Shown in pieces: positions 32,020-43,506 of a stretch of DNA of 64,000 nt. The translations under genes were made by a program, and so were the position numbers. Within the stretch, counting starts at the first letter, position 1, and each line of letters starts with the position of its first letter. The notes under the pieces were generated by a model. It was not told the DNA's origin. It did not search any database and was given only the letters and a program-made list of their open reading frames with translations. Source of the stretch: Candidatus Bathyarchaeota archaeon (lineage in GTDB: Archaea; Thermoproteota; Bathyarchaeia; Bathyarchaeales; DTEX01); assembly GCA_963714275.1 (NCBI GenBank), contig CAVQNT010000001.1, positions 32,001 through 96,000 on the forward strand, written 5' to 3'.

Positions 32020-33026
32020 CTCTTATCCGTGGGTCGATTAGGGGGAGCAGCAAATCAACTATAAGATTGGCCGTGAGGACTGTAAAAATCGATAAAATGA
32101 AGAAGCCCATTATCGAATTATAGTCTAACACAAAATAAGCCTCGGAAAACAGTCTGCCGACTCCCGGATAATTAAATATGGCCTCCACTATCACTGAGCC
32201 GCTCATTATGAAACCTAAACCAATCCCTAATGCAGTGATCTGGGGAAGCAAAGAGTTTCGCATAGTATATGTGAAAAAGATTCTTGACTTCTTCAGTCCC
32301 TTCAGCTTCTGCAAATTGCAGATAGTCTTCCCCCAGAATCGAAATAATCAGAGACCTCTGCGATATCACCCAGCCGAACATCGAAGTCAGAACGATTGAA
32401 AGAGCAGGCAGAGTACCATGCTGTATCACAGAAATAATGAAGTCCAAATTGAAACCAGGCGTGACTCTTAGTGAGTAAGCCCCTGAAGTTGGAAACAGAT
32501 TCAGAAAATATCCGAGAAAAAGTGCACCTAACACTGCAAAAATGTAAAATGGAATTTGTGACATCCCCATCGCGAGGACGCTCACGATTTTGTCAAACTT
32601 GGTTCCTTGCTTCCATCCAACTAAGGCACCTAAAATGATCCCCATAATCCAAGCCAGCAGAGTTGATATCGAGAGAAGCCCAATGGTCCACGGCAGCCTC
32701 CTTCTCAACAATTCCTGAACCGGCGTGGGGAAACCTATGAGAGATGGACCCAAATTTCCTTTCAGGAGTTCATTCAAAAAGGTCATGTACTGTTCCAGCA
32801 GAGGTTTGTCGAGACCAAATGCTTCTCTATAAACATTTATTGCGTGCGCGTACGCTTGGCTTTGCGAACCATACTTTACGACGATTGACTTGAAAAAGAG
32901 CACTAATGGGTCTCCGGGAAGCAGATGAAACATCCACCATACGAATGTTAGTGCGACCGCTAGAGTGATGATGTAGGTTGTGAACCGAACGATGACGTAT
33001 TTTATTACGGGGTTCATCATCCACAA
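32009..33026 (-). CDS. Dpp/Opp-type ABC permease (DppB-like), frameshift ~32300
   Basis: LPGDP, GLDKPL..QY, LPWT, EDY..FAEA.G, RNSLLPQIT, E.IFNYPG.G. Confidence 0.85.
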
Positions 33027-33184
33027 CTCTATTGTTTTCTTATTAATCTGTTTTTCTTAACTAATACTGGTTAATTGCAATATTTAACTCTATATACAAT
33101 TATTGGAAAAGACTTAAAAGTAAGCAAAAACAAATATGGAAATCGTAAATAGCTTAAGCTATGTAAAAGAAGGAAAATAGAAAA

Positions 33185-35323
33185 ATGAAAAATACAATAA
33201 TAGCTTCAGTACTGACTATCCTATTAGCATGTTCTATGCTCCTTACAACACCAACTAAACCAGTTAATGCAAGTATCGAAATACCCACACCGAGAGATGA
33301 AACGTTTGTCTTCATGGGATGGACCACTTTTGACTCTAACCAAAACCCGTTAGTTGCGCCATACGCCAACTACATGACTTTGACCCAGCAAGAGGGCGAG
33401 TTTCTATGGTACGACAGCTGGGCTACTGGCGAAAGACTCTACTGGCAAGCCACAGGATACGAATATTCGGATGACTATACAACCATGACAATTCACATCA
33501 GATCAGGAGTCGAATGGAGCGATGGCGAACCTTTCACTTCTGAAGATGTTAAGTTCACCTTGGATTTAATAAAGTCCAACCCGTTGCTCACAAACAACGA
33601 CTGGATCTCTGAATGGGTAGACTCTGTGTCAACACCCGACGATATGACCGTCGTCATCACTTTCACAGCGCCCAATCCAAGAGCTGACCTAAAGTTTGCA
33701 GCAGGAGGTTGGGGAGGCTTAATGATGGTACCAAAACACATATGGGAGAACGTTGAAAACCCGCAGCTTGCTGACATTTGGGGAAGAGGCGACAACGCAG
33801 TGCCACACGTTCTAACTGGACCATACCTAGTGTACCAGATCTCCCAAGAGGCTGGAATGGTGATACTGATAAGGAATGAAAACTACTGGGCAAAGGACGT
33901 AATGGGTGTCTTTCCTGAGCCAAAATACTTCATACACAGAAACGGGCAATCAAACGACATTGAATTCCAAGAAATCGTTAGTGGCGGTGCTTATGATGGA
34001 GGCTTCGCAACATGGATGCCAAAGGATCTACTGACTACAGCAATCGAAGTTGGAGAAAACGTGACATCTGTTGAATACACTGACGCAGGAGAATTCTACC
34101 TGTTCGTAAATTGCGCCAAATATCCATTAAACATGCCAGAGATCAGATGGGCAATTTCATATGCCTTTGAAAGAGAAAACTTCTGCGCTTCTAGTCCATG
34201 GTACCCAGGATTGGCACCAGCAATCTATCCTTGGAGCAACTGGAATACAACTTCAAAGTTCCAATATGCTGATGTCTTTGATACGTACAAACTTGAATAC
34301 AACTTAACCAGAGCTGCTGAAATTCTGGACAATCTAGGATTCGTCGACACAGACGCAGACAATATTCGAGAGACTCCAAATGGAACAAAACTTTCGTGGG
34401 AAATCATAGTCGGATATGATTCAGAATCATTTCTCCCCATGTTCCTGTCATTGGTCAACGACTTTGCTTCAATAGGCATCGAAATAACACTTACTGGTCA
34501 ACCATGGAACGTAATCACTGACAGAACTTCAGTAGGTGACTACGACCTTTGGTGGGATTCCCCGCACGCATCCTACGGCGTTGTTATTTACGGAGAGGTT
34601 CTGCCCCTCATTGAACAATACCAAAGCAAGTACTATACACCTATTGGCACACCACTGTCTGAATATGACAACACAAGAGCTGGAAGGTTCACTAACCCCG
34701 AAATAGACGATTTGGTTGAACAAATGCAAGCAATTTCGCCGGGTGACTCAGCCATGGATACCCTTTCGCACCGCGCCGTCGAACTGTTCATGGAACAGTT
34801 ACCTGCAATCCCAATAGCTGAGTATAAACGCGTTGATATCTTCAGCAACCGATACTGGACTGGATTCCCATCGCAAGAGAATTATTATGCGTACCCATCA
34901 GGAAGCAGCACAGAATACGAATCCATCATAAACCACATCGTATCAACTGGTTATACACCCGCAACCTACACGTTTGTTTGGATCACTGAAAATATTGCAG
35001 CCTTCACTGGCACTGACGGACAAACCTATGGACCGTTCAACGCTCAAGAATACACACGTGTCACCGAATCAGACGCGGAAAGGCTCATAACAGAAGGCAA
35101 GGCAACCTACCAGGTACCTTCTCAGGCTTTGACACAAATAATTTCGTCGCTCTCTGATCTTTCGAGCGATGTAAGCGACCTAAAGAGTCAACAGACACAA
35201 GTATCCAACACGTTGGCATCTCTCAACAGCCAAAACAACATGCTCATGATAGTCATGATCGCCGAAGCCATCGCCATGGTATTAATGGCTGTGGCAATTG
35301 TCATGCAAAGGCGAACCAAATAG
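33185..35323 (+). CDS. ABC solute-binding protein family 5 (oligosaccharide/peptide), signal peptide and C-terminal TM anchor
   Basis: IRSGVEWSDGEPFTSEDVKFT, TGPY, RNENYW, IRWAISYA, YWTGFP. Confidence 0.9.
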   Translation: MKNTIIASVLTILLACSMLLTTPTKPVNASIEIPTPRDETFVFMGWTTFDSNQNPLVAPYANYMTLTQQEGEFLWYDSWATGERLYWQATGYEYSDDYTTMTIHIRSGVEWSDGEPFTSEDVKFTLDLIKSNPLLTNNDWISEWVDSVSTPDDMTVVITFTAPNPRADLKFAAGGWGGLMMVPKHIWENVENPQLADIWGRGDNAVPHVLTGPYLVYQISQEAGMVILIRNENYWAKDVMGVFPEPKYFIHRNGQSNDIEFQEIVSGGAYDGGFATWMPKDLLTTAIEVGENVTSVEYTDAGEFYLFVNCAKYPLNMPEIRWAISYAFERENFCASSPWYPGLAPAIYPWSNWNTTSKFQYADVFDTYKLEYNLTRAAEILDNLGFVDTDADNIRETPNGTKLSWEIIVGYDSESFLPMFLSLVNDFASIGIEITLTGQPWNVITDRTSVGDYDLWWDSPHASYGVVIYGEVLPLIEQYQSKYYTPIGTPLSEYDNTRAGRFTNPEIDDLVEQMQAISPGDSAMDTLSHRAVELFMEQLPAIPIAEYKRVDIFSNRYWTGFPSQENYYAYPSGSSTEYESIINHIVSTGYTPATYTFVWITENIAAFTGTDGQTYGPFNAQEYTRVTESDAERLITEGKATYQVPSQALTQIISSLSDLSSDVSDLKSQQTQVSNTLASLNSQNNMLMIVMIAEAIAMVLMAVAIVMQRRTK

Positions 35324-35415
35324 CCTTATTTGGCATACTTTCCCCTTTCTATTTTTTAAGAAAAAATTACTTAACTTCATACAGTATCCTGCACACGCTT
35401 GACAATGAATTGGAA

Positions 35416-36721
35416 TTAGGCTTCTTTTATGCAGGCTTCTAGAATATTCAATGCGTCGTCAATTTGTACCTTAGTTATCACAAGGGGAGGCTGAATTCTC
35501 AACACGCAGCCTTCGCTTCCTCCAGAACCAATGAGCAACCCTTTTTCTCGGGTTAAGTCTCTGATTTTTTCAGTTTCTCTTTTCGCAGGCGTCTTTCGTA
35601 TTTTGTCTTCCACCAGCTCGATTCCTATCATCAGCCCTTTTCCCCTTACATCGCCTATTATGGGGAAATGACTTTTCAGTTCGTTCAGCCGCTTCATCAA
35701 ATATTCGCCTTTCTCTGCTGCTTGCTTCGGCAATTCATCGCGTAACATTACCTCTATATTTGCTAGCGCTGCTGCTGCAGAAACAGGGTTTCCCCCAAAA
35801 GTTGAAAGGTGGTCTCCTGGCTCAAAGGAGATCTCCTATGTCCGCCCTGGCTATCGTTGCGCCAAGTGGGAAACCGTTCGCTATTCCCTTTGCCATGCAC
35901 ATTATGTCTGGTTCCACATCGTAGTGTTCTATCGCGAAAAGTTTTCCTGTTCGACCAAACCCGCTTTGGACTTCGTCTGCAATGAAAAGTATGCCGTAAC
36001 TGTCAAGTATTTCCTTAACGATTTTGAAGTATTCTTTTGGTGGAGCAATTATTCCTCCTTCACCCATAACTGGCTCTGCGATGAAAGCTGCGACCCCCTT
36101 GCTCGTGCAGTATTCCACGACGTCTTTAATTGATCTCGCACATAGCATGTCGCATTCTGGATATTCTTTCTGAAATGCGCACCGGAAGCAATATGGAGGG
36201 TAAGCAAATGAAACGCCAGAAAGGTATGGTCCCATGTCGTACTTCTTTCGTCCTGCCTGTCCTGTGACGCTTAGTGTGCCAATAGACCTTCCGTGGAAGG
36301 AACGCATGAGAGCGATGAATTCGGGTTTCTTAGTGAATTTTCTGGCGAGCTTTAATCCGCATTCTATTGCTTCAGATCCACTGTTCGAAAAGAACGTTTT
36401 TTGCAGATTCCCCGGTGTTATTTCTGCGAGTTTTTCCGCTAACTCGACCATGACGGGAACATAATAAACGTAGCCGCAAACATGGACAAATTTTCTGGCT
36501 TGTTTAAAGGCAGCTTCCAGTATTTCAGGTTGCGAATGGCCTGAATTTGTGACTGATATGCCAGAAAAACAATCTATGTATTCTTTTCCGTTGATGTCCT
36601 TTATTATGGCGTCCTTTGCATCACTTATGACGACGGGTTCAATTTTTTTTACCATGCTCGTGATTAGGTACTTGTTGGCTTTCTTGATGGTTTCTTCGTC
36701 TTTCCGCAAACTTAACACCAC
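35416..36721 (-). CDS. Class III PLP aminotransferase (4-aminobutyrate/beta-alanine type), frameshift ~35830
   Basis: SGSEAIE, SFHGRS, AEPVMGEGG, FIADEVQSGFGRTG, AKGIANG, STFGGNP, DVRGKGLM. Confidence 0.9.
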
Positions 36722-36840
36722 AATCTTGTTCCATAACTATACATATAAAACTATATACTAACAATTAATACTGAATTAAATTAAATCATTTCCACATAAA
36801 CAAAATGGAACAATCAACAAACAAACCAAAAATAAAGATG

Positions 36841-37810
36841 TTAGTTGTATTTGAAGCAGGCGACTTCTCTGTTTTTCCCACTTTTGTTAATATGGGTTTT
36901 TTATCAGCGCAGATGTTGCAAACCTCTGGACATCTATTATAATAATTGCATGCATGCGATTTTATGCGGCTCTTTAAATCTGAACTTTTTAACTCTATTT
37001 TGTCTTTCCATCTATCCGTGGGATCTGGAATTGGAATTGAGTTGATCAAATTTTTCGTGTATGGGTGAAGTGGCTTAGAAACAATTTCGTCAATTGTGCC
37101 TTTCTCCACTATTGTCCCGTTGCAGAGGACAACCACGTCATCAGCAATATGGTGTGCCACATTAAAGTCGTGGGTCACGTATATGGAGGAGATTTCGTAT
37201 TTCTTTTTAAAGTCCAGAAGAATGTCCAGAAAAATCGCCCTTAAAGAAGCATCAATCATTGAGACTGGTTCGTCGGCAAGAAGAAGCCTAGGCTTTATTA
37301 ACAGTATCCGAGCCAACATCAGTCTTTGCCGTTCGCCCCCGCTTATTTGGTGCGGATACCGCCCGAGAACTCTTCAGGTCTAATTCCTACGTTTCTCAGT
37401 GATTCTTCAATTAAGGCTTCGCGGTCCATTCCGGGGGCTAAATCAAATTTTTTCATGACCAATTCAAGTACCCTGTCAACTCTATAAAATGGATTGTAGA
37501 TGCTGTAGGGGTCTTGAAATATGACTTGAACCTCCTTTCTGAAGGTTTTTCGGTCCTTTTTCAGTAGTTCCTGAACGTTTTTTCCTTTGTACAGTACCTC
37601 GCCTGACGTTGGCTTGATGAAACCAAGTATAGCCCTTAGTATCGTTGATTTGCCGCTGCCGCTTTCTCCCACAAGAGCCGTTATTTGGGGTTTTTCTCCA
37701 ACAATAGTGAAAGATGCATCATCAACCGCCTTAATTTGCCTTTTCGCCAACATACCAGCCGTGAAAACTTTTGTCAGCTGATTTACTTGCAGCAACGGAA
37801 TTGTACTCAT
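36841..37810 (-). CDS. Dpp/Opp ABC ATP-binding protein (DppF-like), frameshifts ~37370 and ~36875
   Basis: GESGSGKST, YPHQISGGERQR, ADEP, HPYT, C-terminal Cys cluster ending VACFKYN. Confidence 0.85.
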
Positions 37811-38767
37811 TTCAATTCACCAACCAAATGACAGGCTACAAAACGGTCCTTCCCAACATTCCTCAGCTTGGGAAGTTCGGTTTTGCATAAATCTTTAGCA
37901 AATGGGCACCTTGGATGGAATCTACATCCTTCTGGCCAGTTAAAGAGGCTTGGTGAGATTCCAGGTATGCCTTTGATTTTTTTCTTGGTTATTGATGGGA
38001 TGGCGTCTATCAACAGACTTTGTGTATGGATTCAATGGGTCTTTAAATACATCTATTACTGGTCCGATTTCCATTATTAAACCAGCATACATGATCGCTA
38101 GCCTGTCAACGAGTTCTGCGTGGACCGCCATGTCGTGTGCGACAAAAAGTATCGCTACATCGTTTTTGTCTCTAAGTTCAGCTATAATTTGTAAAATTCC
38201 TCTTTGAACCACAAGGTCGAGAGCCGTAACAGGCTCGTCAGCCACGATAAGATCAGGTTTAAGGGCAGTGGCAGCAGCAATAATTACTCTTTGCTTCATA
38301 CCTCCGCTTAATTCATGGGGGTACATTTCGCTTACATCTTTTGCAAGACCCACACTCTCAAGAAGATCTGGAATTTCTTTTTCAGCCTCTTTCTTAGATA
38401 TATCTGAATTTGTCGTGATCACATCAATAATTTGGTCCTTTACTTTCAAAATGGGATTCAAGGAGTTCATGGAGCCTTGCGGAATGTAAGACAACTTTTT
38501 CCATCTGATTTTGCGGAGCTCTTCCCCTTTCAGTTTTAAAAGGTCGATTCCGTCAAACGTGACCTTTCCCCCGGCTATGTAGCCTGGCGGTTTGATTATT
38601 CTGAGGACCCCCTCAACTAAGGTAGATTTTCCGCATCCTGACTCTCCCGCAATCCCGAAGACTTCTTTTTTTCTGACCTCGAACGTGACTCCGTCTACTG
38701 CTCTATATTCGCCTGTGACTCCTTTGTAGTACACTTTCAAGTTTTCGACTTCGAGGACATTGCTCAT
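37807..38767 (-). CDS. Dpp/Opp ABC ATP-binding protein (DppD-like), frameshift ~38015
   Basis: GESGCGKST, YPHELSGGMKQR, ADEP, GCRFHPRCP...VACH. Confidence 0.88.
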
Positions 38768-38847
38768 GTTTTGGCTCCGCTTGTTTTTCTAGCGATTTTA
38801 ATATTTCTATGAAAGCGTATTAAAAATACTTCACGGTTTTTACCATA

Positions 38848-39723
38848 TTACCCTTTGAGGAAGCGTTCGACATTTTTGTGACAAATCTTTTCCATCACTT
38901 CTTCGGAATACCCAAGCTCTTCTCTTATTATTTTTCTGTCCATTTCAAATATACGTTTAGAACCTCCCCATTCGGGACTAAAGTCTGAAGCGTGAGAATC
39001 GGTCCCAAACATCATATGGTTCTCGGCGCCAAATACCAACGCTGTCTCAAAAGCTTTTTTTCGGAAAAACTTGGGGGTCCCAGGAGTCAAGTCGATGTAC
39101 ATCTGCATTTTGTCGATTTTTTCTGATTCGGGTGTTGTATAAAGTCTGTCTTTTATCCTTCCATAAACGGCTATGCACTCGTCAGTCCAAGGCCAGCTGA
39201 TGTGTGCCAAGGCGAACTTGATTCGGGGAAAGTTGAGCAAAGCTTCGTAAAATACTGGTTGACAAAATCTGGAAGAATCCTTGTTGTCGTCCAGAACTCC
39301 AGAGTGAAAGATGATTGGAACCTTCAGCTCCTGAACCTTCTCGTAGAAGGGGAAGAATTTTTGGTCACACGGATAATAGTGGTCGGGCATCAGCTTTATG
39401 CCTCTGCACTCGTACTTCGTCACTGCTTCTTCGAGGATGCGGACAGCGTTCTTCAGTCTAGGTTCCATCCATGCGAAGGCTACGATTTTATCTGGGGCTT
39501 CAGCTTGGAGTTTCGAGATGAACTTTATAACTTTTCTTTGTTCGGCATCGTTGACGCCCATGCTTGAGTACCCCATGAACCCCACTGGGTTTGGGTCTTC
39601 TCCTTTTGCCCATGGATAGGGCGAGAAAATGATCGCTTTGTCGACTCCTCCAGCTTCCATGGCTTTCAATACATCGTCAGCGGTTTCGGTTCCCATGCTA
39701 TGAACGTGACAATCTATCAGCAC
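38848..39723 (-). CDS. Amidohydrolase_2 family metal-dependent hydrolase
   Basis: IDCHVH, GIKL.P, FHSG, LAH..WPW, FGTD. Confidence 0.85.
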   Translation of the reverse strand: MLIDCHVHSMGTETADDVLKAMEAGGVDKAIIFSPYPWAKGEDPNPVGFMGYSSMGVNDAEQRKVIKFISKLQAEAPDKIVAFAWMEPRLKNAVRILEEAVTKYECRGIKLMPDHYYPCDQKFFPFYEKVQELKVPIIFHSGVLDDNKDSSRFCQPVFYEALLNFPRIKFALAHISWPWTDECIAVYGRIKDRLYTTPESEKIDKMQMYIDLTPGTPKFFRKKAFETALVFGAENHMMFGTDSHASDFSPEWGGSKRIFEMDRKIIREELGYSEEVMEKICHKNVERFLKG

Positions 39724-40041
39724 ATTCTATACCTCCTTTATATCATCATATTAATGACTATATATTATTATATGAACGTAATACTGTCGACTTAAATAAA
39801 TTTTACCATCCCGCGCACGTTTATTCCATGAAATCCGCGTTTATGAACCATTCTTCTGAATCCAGAGTTAGCGTTAAAGGAAATTATGCGCCAGAATGTT
39901 TTTGGCTCAGTTGTGTTTTTAGTTTTTTCCATACGTTCATAACCTTTTTCTTTTAGTCGCGTTGTATATGTTAGTATCGCAGAGTATTTATATGGCAATT
40001 GCTGTATTTATCATTATATATAACTATGTGAGGGAAGCAGA

Positions 40042-40887
40042 ATGACAACGATTTATGGCAAGATACCGCAATCCATTTTTAAGCCAGAATATGGCGATTT
40101 AGTAAAAACTGGCACTGTCTATTCTTTATCGTTTGTTAATTCTTATCCGCCCAGAAACCCCAGTGGAATGACGCCTTTGATGCTGTCTCTTTCGCGGAGA
40201 CACAAGCTCCAAGACATCAACCTAGAGGGAAACACCAAATTCACTGAAGCTGACGAAACCATCGTCATGAGCGGGCATTCTACGACTCATTTGGATGCGC
40301 TGTGCCACATTGGCGAAATTAGGGAAGGAAAGACAAATCTCTACGGCGGCATTGATGCGGGCGAGACTGAGCATTACAGAGGATTCCGAAAGCTTGGGAT
40401 TGAAGGATGCCCTCCGATAATCACTCGGGGAGTCCTTCTGGACGTTCCTCTGTACAAAGACGTGAAGGTTTTGCCAGTAAGCTACTCAATATCAGCGAAG
40501 GACCTTCAGGGAACTTCTGACCTTGAAGGAGTGGAAGTCAAGCAGGGAGACTGCGTTCTTATCCGAACGGGATTCACGAAGATTTGGCGACCAGGCAATG
40601 AAGTCTTCTACGGAAGGTGCGCTGGACCTGAAATGGAGGGAGCCCAGTGGCTTATTGACCGTGGCATCATTGTTTCAGGCTCGGACACAATTAGCTACGA
40701 AAGAAATCCCAGCCCCACGCACCCGGTTCATAGAAAAATGATCAACAACGAAGGAATTCTGCTTATGAAGCTGCTGAATTTGGAAGAACTAGCCAAAGAT
40801 AAAGTGTACGAGTTCCTTTTCATCGCCTTGCCATTAAGAATCTTTGGGGCTACTGCGTCACCCGTTAACCCAATCGCCGTTTGTTAA
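40042..40887 (+). CDS. Cyclase family (kynurenine formamidase-like) protein
   Basis: HSTTHLDALCH, TRGVLLD, GD.VLIRTG, GATASPVNPIA. Confidence 0.85.
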   Translation: MTTIYGKIPQSIFKPEYGDLVKTGTVYSLSFVNSYPPRNPSGMTPLMLSLSRRHKLQDINLEGNTKFTEADETIVMSGHSTTHLDALCHIGEIREGKTNLYGGIDAGETEHYRGFRKLGIEGCPPIITRGVLLDVPLYKDVKVLPVSYSISAKDLQGTSDLEGVEVKQGDCVLIRTGFTKIWRPGNEVFYGRCAGPEMEGAQWLIDRGIIVSGSDTISYERNPSPTHPVHRKMINNEGILLMKLLNLEELAKDKVYEFLFIALPLRIFGATASPVNPIAVC

Positions 40888-40937
40888 ACAGGGCGCCTTA
40901 ATTACGGTGGTAAACGGTCGCATTCATAAAAGTAAAT

Positions 40938-41630
40938 TTGAGAGGTCGGAACGGAATGAAGATAGTGGATTTGTCGCATGAAATTGTGCCTTCCTTTTTG
41001 GATAATAAAACAAAATTGTCATCGGTGGACATGAGGTCGGTTTTCTGCTACCTCTTTAAACCAGACCCTGAAACCGAGTGGCACATAGCGCACCTGTTCA
41101 GCACGTCGACGCATTGTGGCACGCATCTGGAGGCGCCGTACCATTGGATGAAAGAAGGAAAAGACGTTGCCTCGTTGCCTCTTGAGTCTCTCATCGGACC
41201 AGCCATCAAACTGGACTTTTCGTGCAAGAAGGCTGGCGAATCGATAACTCTTGAGGAAATTAGAGAGTCCTGCAAAGGGAAGCTGAGGAAGGGCGACATG
41301 GTCTTTTTGCAGACAGACCATGGCAAATTGTGGGGAACCGACAAGTACTGGTTGAACAGCCCAAGCCTATCTACTCAAGCTGCAGAGTGGTTAGTTGATA
41401 AAGGAGTGAAGTTGGTCGGGATTGACGCTCCTCGGCTGGACCGTTTTAGCAGCAAAGGCAGAGAAAGGTACATAATTCACGAGATACTGCACGGAAACAA
41501 TGTTTTAGTCATAGAAAATTTGGCTAATCTTCAAGAGTTCAAAAACAGGGGAACAGCGTTCGTTTTGCCAATGAAGATTCGTGGCTTGGACGCCTTCCCC
41601 GCTAGGGTGGTTGTTCTCGAAGAGGGCTAA
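40938..41630 (+). CDS. Cyclase family (kynurenine formamidase-like) protein
   Basis: IVDLSH, THCGTHLEAPYH, VGID, H..L....V.VIENL, G.DAFPARVV. Confidence 0.85.
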   Translation: MRGRNGMKIVDLSHEIVPSFLDNKTKLSSVDMRSVFCYLFKPDPETEWHIAHLFSTSTHCGTHLEAPYHWMKEGKDVASLPLESLIGPAIKLDFSCKKAGESITLEEIRESCKGKLRKGDMVFLQTDHGKLWGTDKYWLNSPSLSTQAAEWLVDKGVKLVGIDAPRLDRFSSKGRERYIIHEILHGNNVLVIENLANLQEFKNRGTAFVLPMKIRGLDAFPARVVVLEEG

Positions 41631-41636
41631 GTCGAC

Positions 41637-42570
41637 ATGAAGGTAATCATAGCTCGAGAAGATCCATGAAAGTGGCATAGACTTCCTCAAGAAAAACAAC
41701 GTCGAGCTTGAACTACTTTATGAGTCTAAAAGGTCGCTTGAGGATGCCGTAAAGGAAGCTGACGGCGTTGTTGTTAGACTAGCAAAGATTACAGACCGTT
41801 TACTGAAGATTGGTAAAGAGAACTCGTTAAGGGTTGTTGCGAAACACGGCATTGGAGTCGACAATATAGATGTTGAAGCGGCGAAGAAACTCGGTATACG
41901 GGTCGTGTACACGCCTGATGTGATGGCTAATGCTGTTGCAGAATTCACGTTAGGCGCAATTCTCATGTTGGCTAAGAAGTTCAACGAGTATGACTCGGAA
42001 GTCAGAAAGGAAAAGTGGGAGATAAGGTACTCAGCGAACAATCTGGAAATTAAAGGAAAAACAATAGGCATCATAGGATACGGCAGAATAGGAAAAAGAG
42101 TAGCAGAACTATCAAGATGTTTCGGCGCCTCGGTTATAGTATATGATCCATACGTTAAAGTACAAGAGAATTTTATTTGGCAAACCGAACTGCCTATTTT
42201 ACTCAGCAATTCAGACTTCGTAACTATACATACGCCGTTGACAAAATCGACGTTTCACATGATTGGACGGAAAGAACTCGGATTCATGAAGCAAGGAGGG
42301 TACATAATCAACACTGCAAGGGGAGGAGTAATTGACGAGAAAGCGCTCTGCGAGGTCCTAAAGGAAGGAAGACTGGGAGGAGCAGTGCTCGATACAACTG
42401 AACAGGAACCTGTCACCCTCGACAACCCGATTCTGAAATTTGATAATGTGATTCTTACCGCGCATACTGCAGGACTAACAGATGTCAGTGTGACCGAAGA
42501 ATCGCTGCTTGCCTGTAAACAAGTATTCCAAGTTCTCAAGGGCGAAGAACCTTCTTATTCACTAGTGTAA
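41637..42570 (+). CDS. D-2-hydroxyacid/phosphoglycerate dehydrogenase family (frameshift ~41652)
   Basis: ATG 41637 MKVII..EKIHESG...KHGIGVDNIDV, GIIGYGRIG, INTARGG, LD...EP, T.HTAG. Confidence 0.87.
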
Positions 42571-42721
42571 CCAGTCAGCTAACATTTACAGCAACATCAA
42601 AAAAAGTAGCGTACGAATCCATGCAATCTAAGAAGCTTATATATTAAAATATAGGTTATGAATAGTGGAATATAACTGAATATTAAGGGCAATAAAACAT
42701 TCATGAAAGGATGGAGCAAAA

Positions 42722-43238
42722 ATGCCTGTAACAACAATCGATATTCCCGAAGAGACCATGCAATACGTGGACTCTCTGTTAAAGAGCGGAAAAGTGAAAA
42801 GCCTCAAGGCCCTAATCAGCGACATGCTGGCTTTTCACCAAGCATTCAGCATGAGCGAGTGGAACGATAACATCTTCTACTTCTTCGGCTTAAGGCACGC
42901 GTTCTTTTCTCAACGTTCGCTCAGGCTGCTTATTGAAAAAATGAAACCCGAAGAGCGGCTTGAAACGGGAAAAAGTATGGGGCAAACTTGGATAGACGCC
43001 CATTTCGCGAGATACAGCGAACCGATCGTTAAAGAAAAATGGCAGCAAGCCTTCAAAATATTGGAGGACGTAGGCTGGGGAACATTTGAGTCTGTCAGGG
43101 AAAACGCTGGTCGTCAAAAGACCGTTTCTTCCAATAGAGATCCTGCACGGATACCTCGAGACTGGAATGCAGATCAAACTTGAAAGAGTAACAACAACGG
43201 ACCAGATCGGCGTATTCAATATAATTGAGAATCCATGA
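42722..43238 (+). CDS. Putative regulator: ribbon-helix-helix plus V4R-like domain (frameshift ~43100)
   Basis: TTIDIPEE...YVD.L.KSG; G..MG; GWGTF; continues KRPFLPIEILHGYLETG. Confidence 0.5.
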
Positions 43239-43506
43239 TTATTACCAAACATAATGTCGAACATTATAAGCTTACTAGCAGTGAGCTAGAACACTTGGCT
43301 CTAAAGCATAATTATTTGTGTTTACGTTGATTTAGGTTGCGATTTTTTAATACTTGAAGCAGCTAGCTAAATAAACCAATCTACCTATTTTCATAATTTT
43401 ATACTCCTCTTTTATTGACAACAAAGGAGGTCTTCTGAAATTCGCTTTCGGGAGAACATACTCTTTTTCCTTTTATGATTTTTCAATTCCTTGATAAGGA
43501 TAGAGA

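Noticed and set aside
39792-39998. Short intergenic ORF
   Set aside because: No motif or convincing start signal
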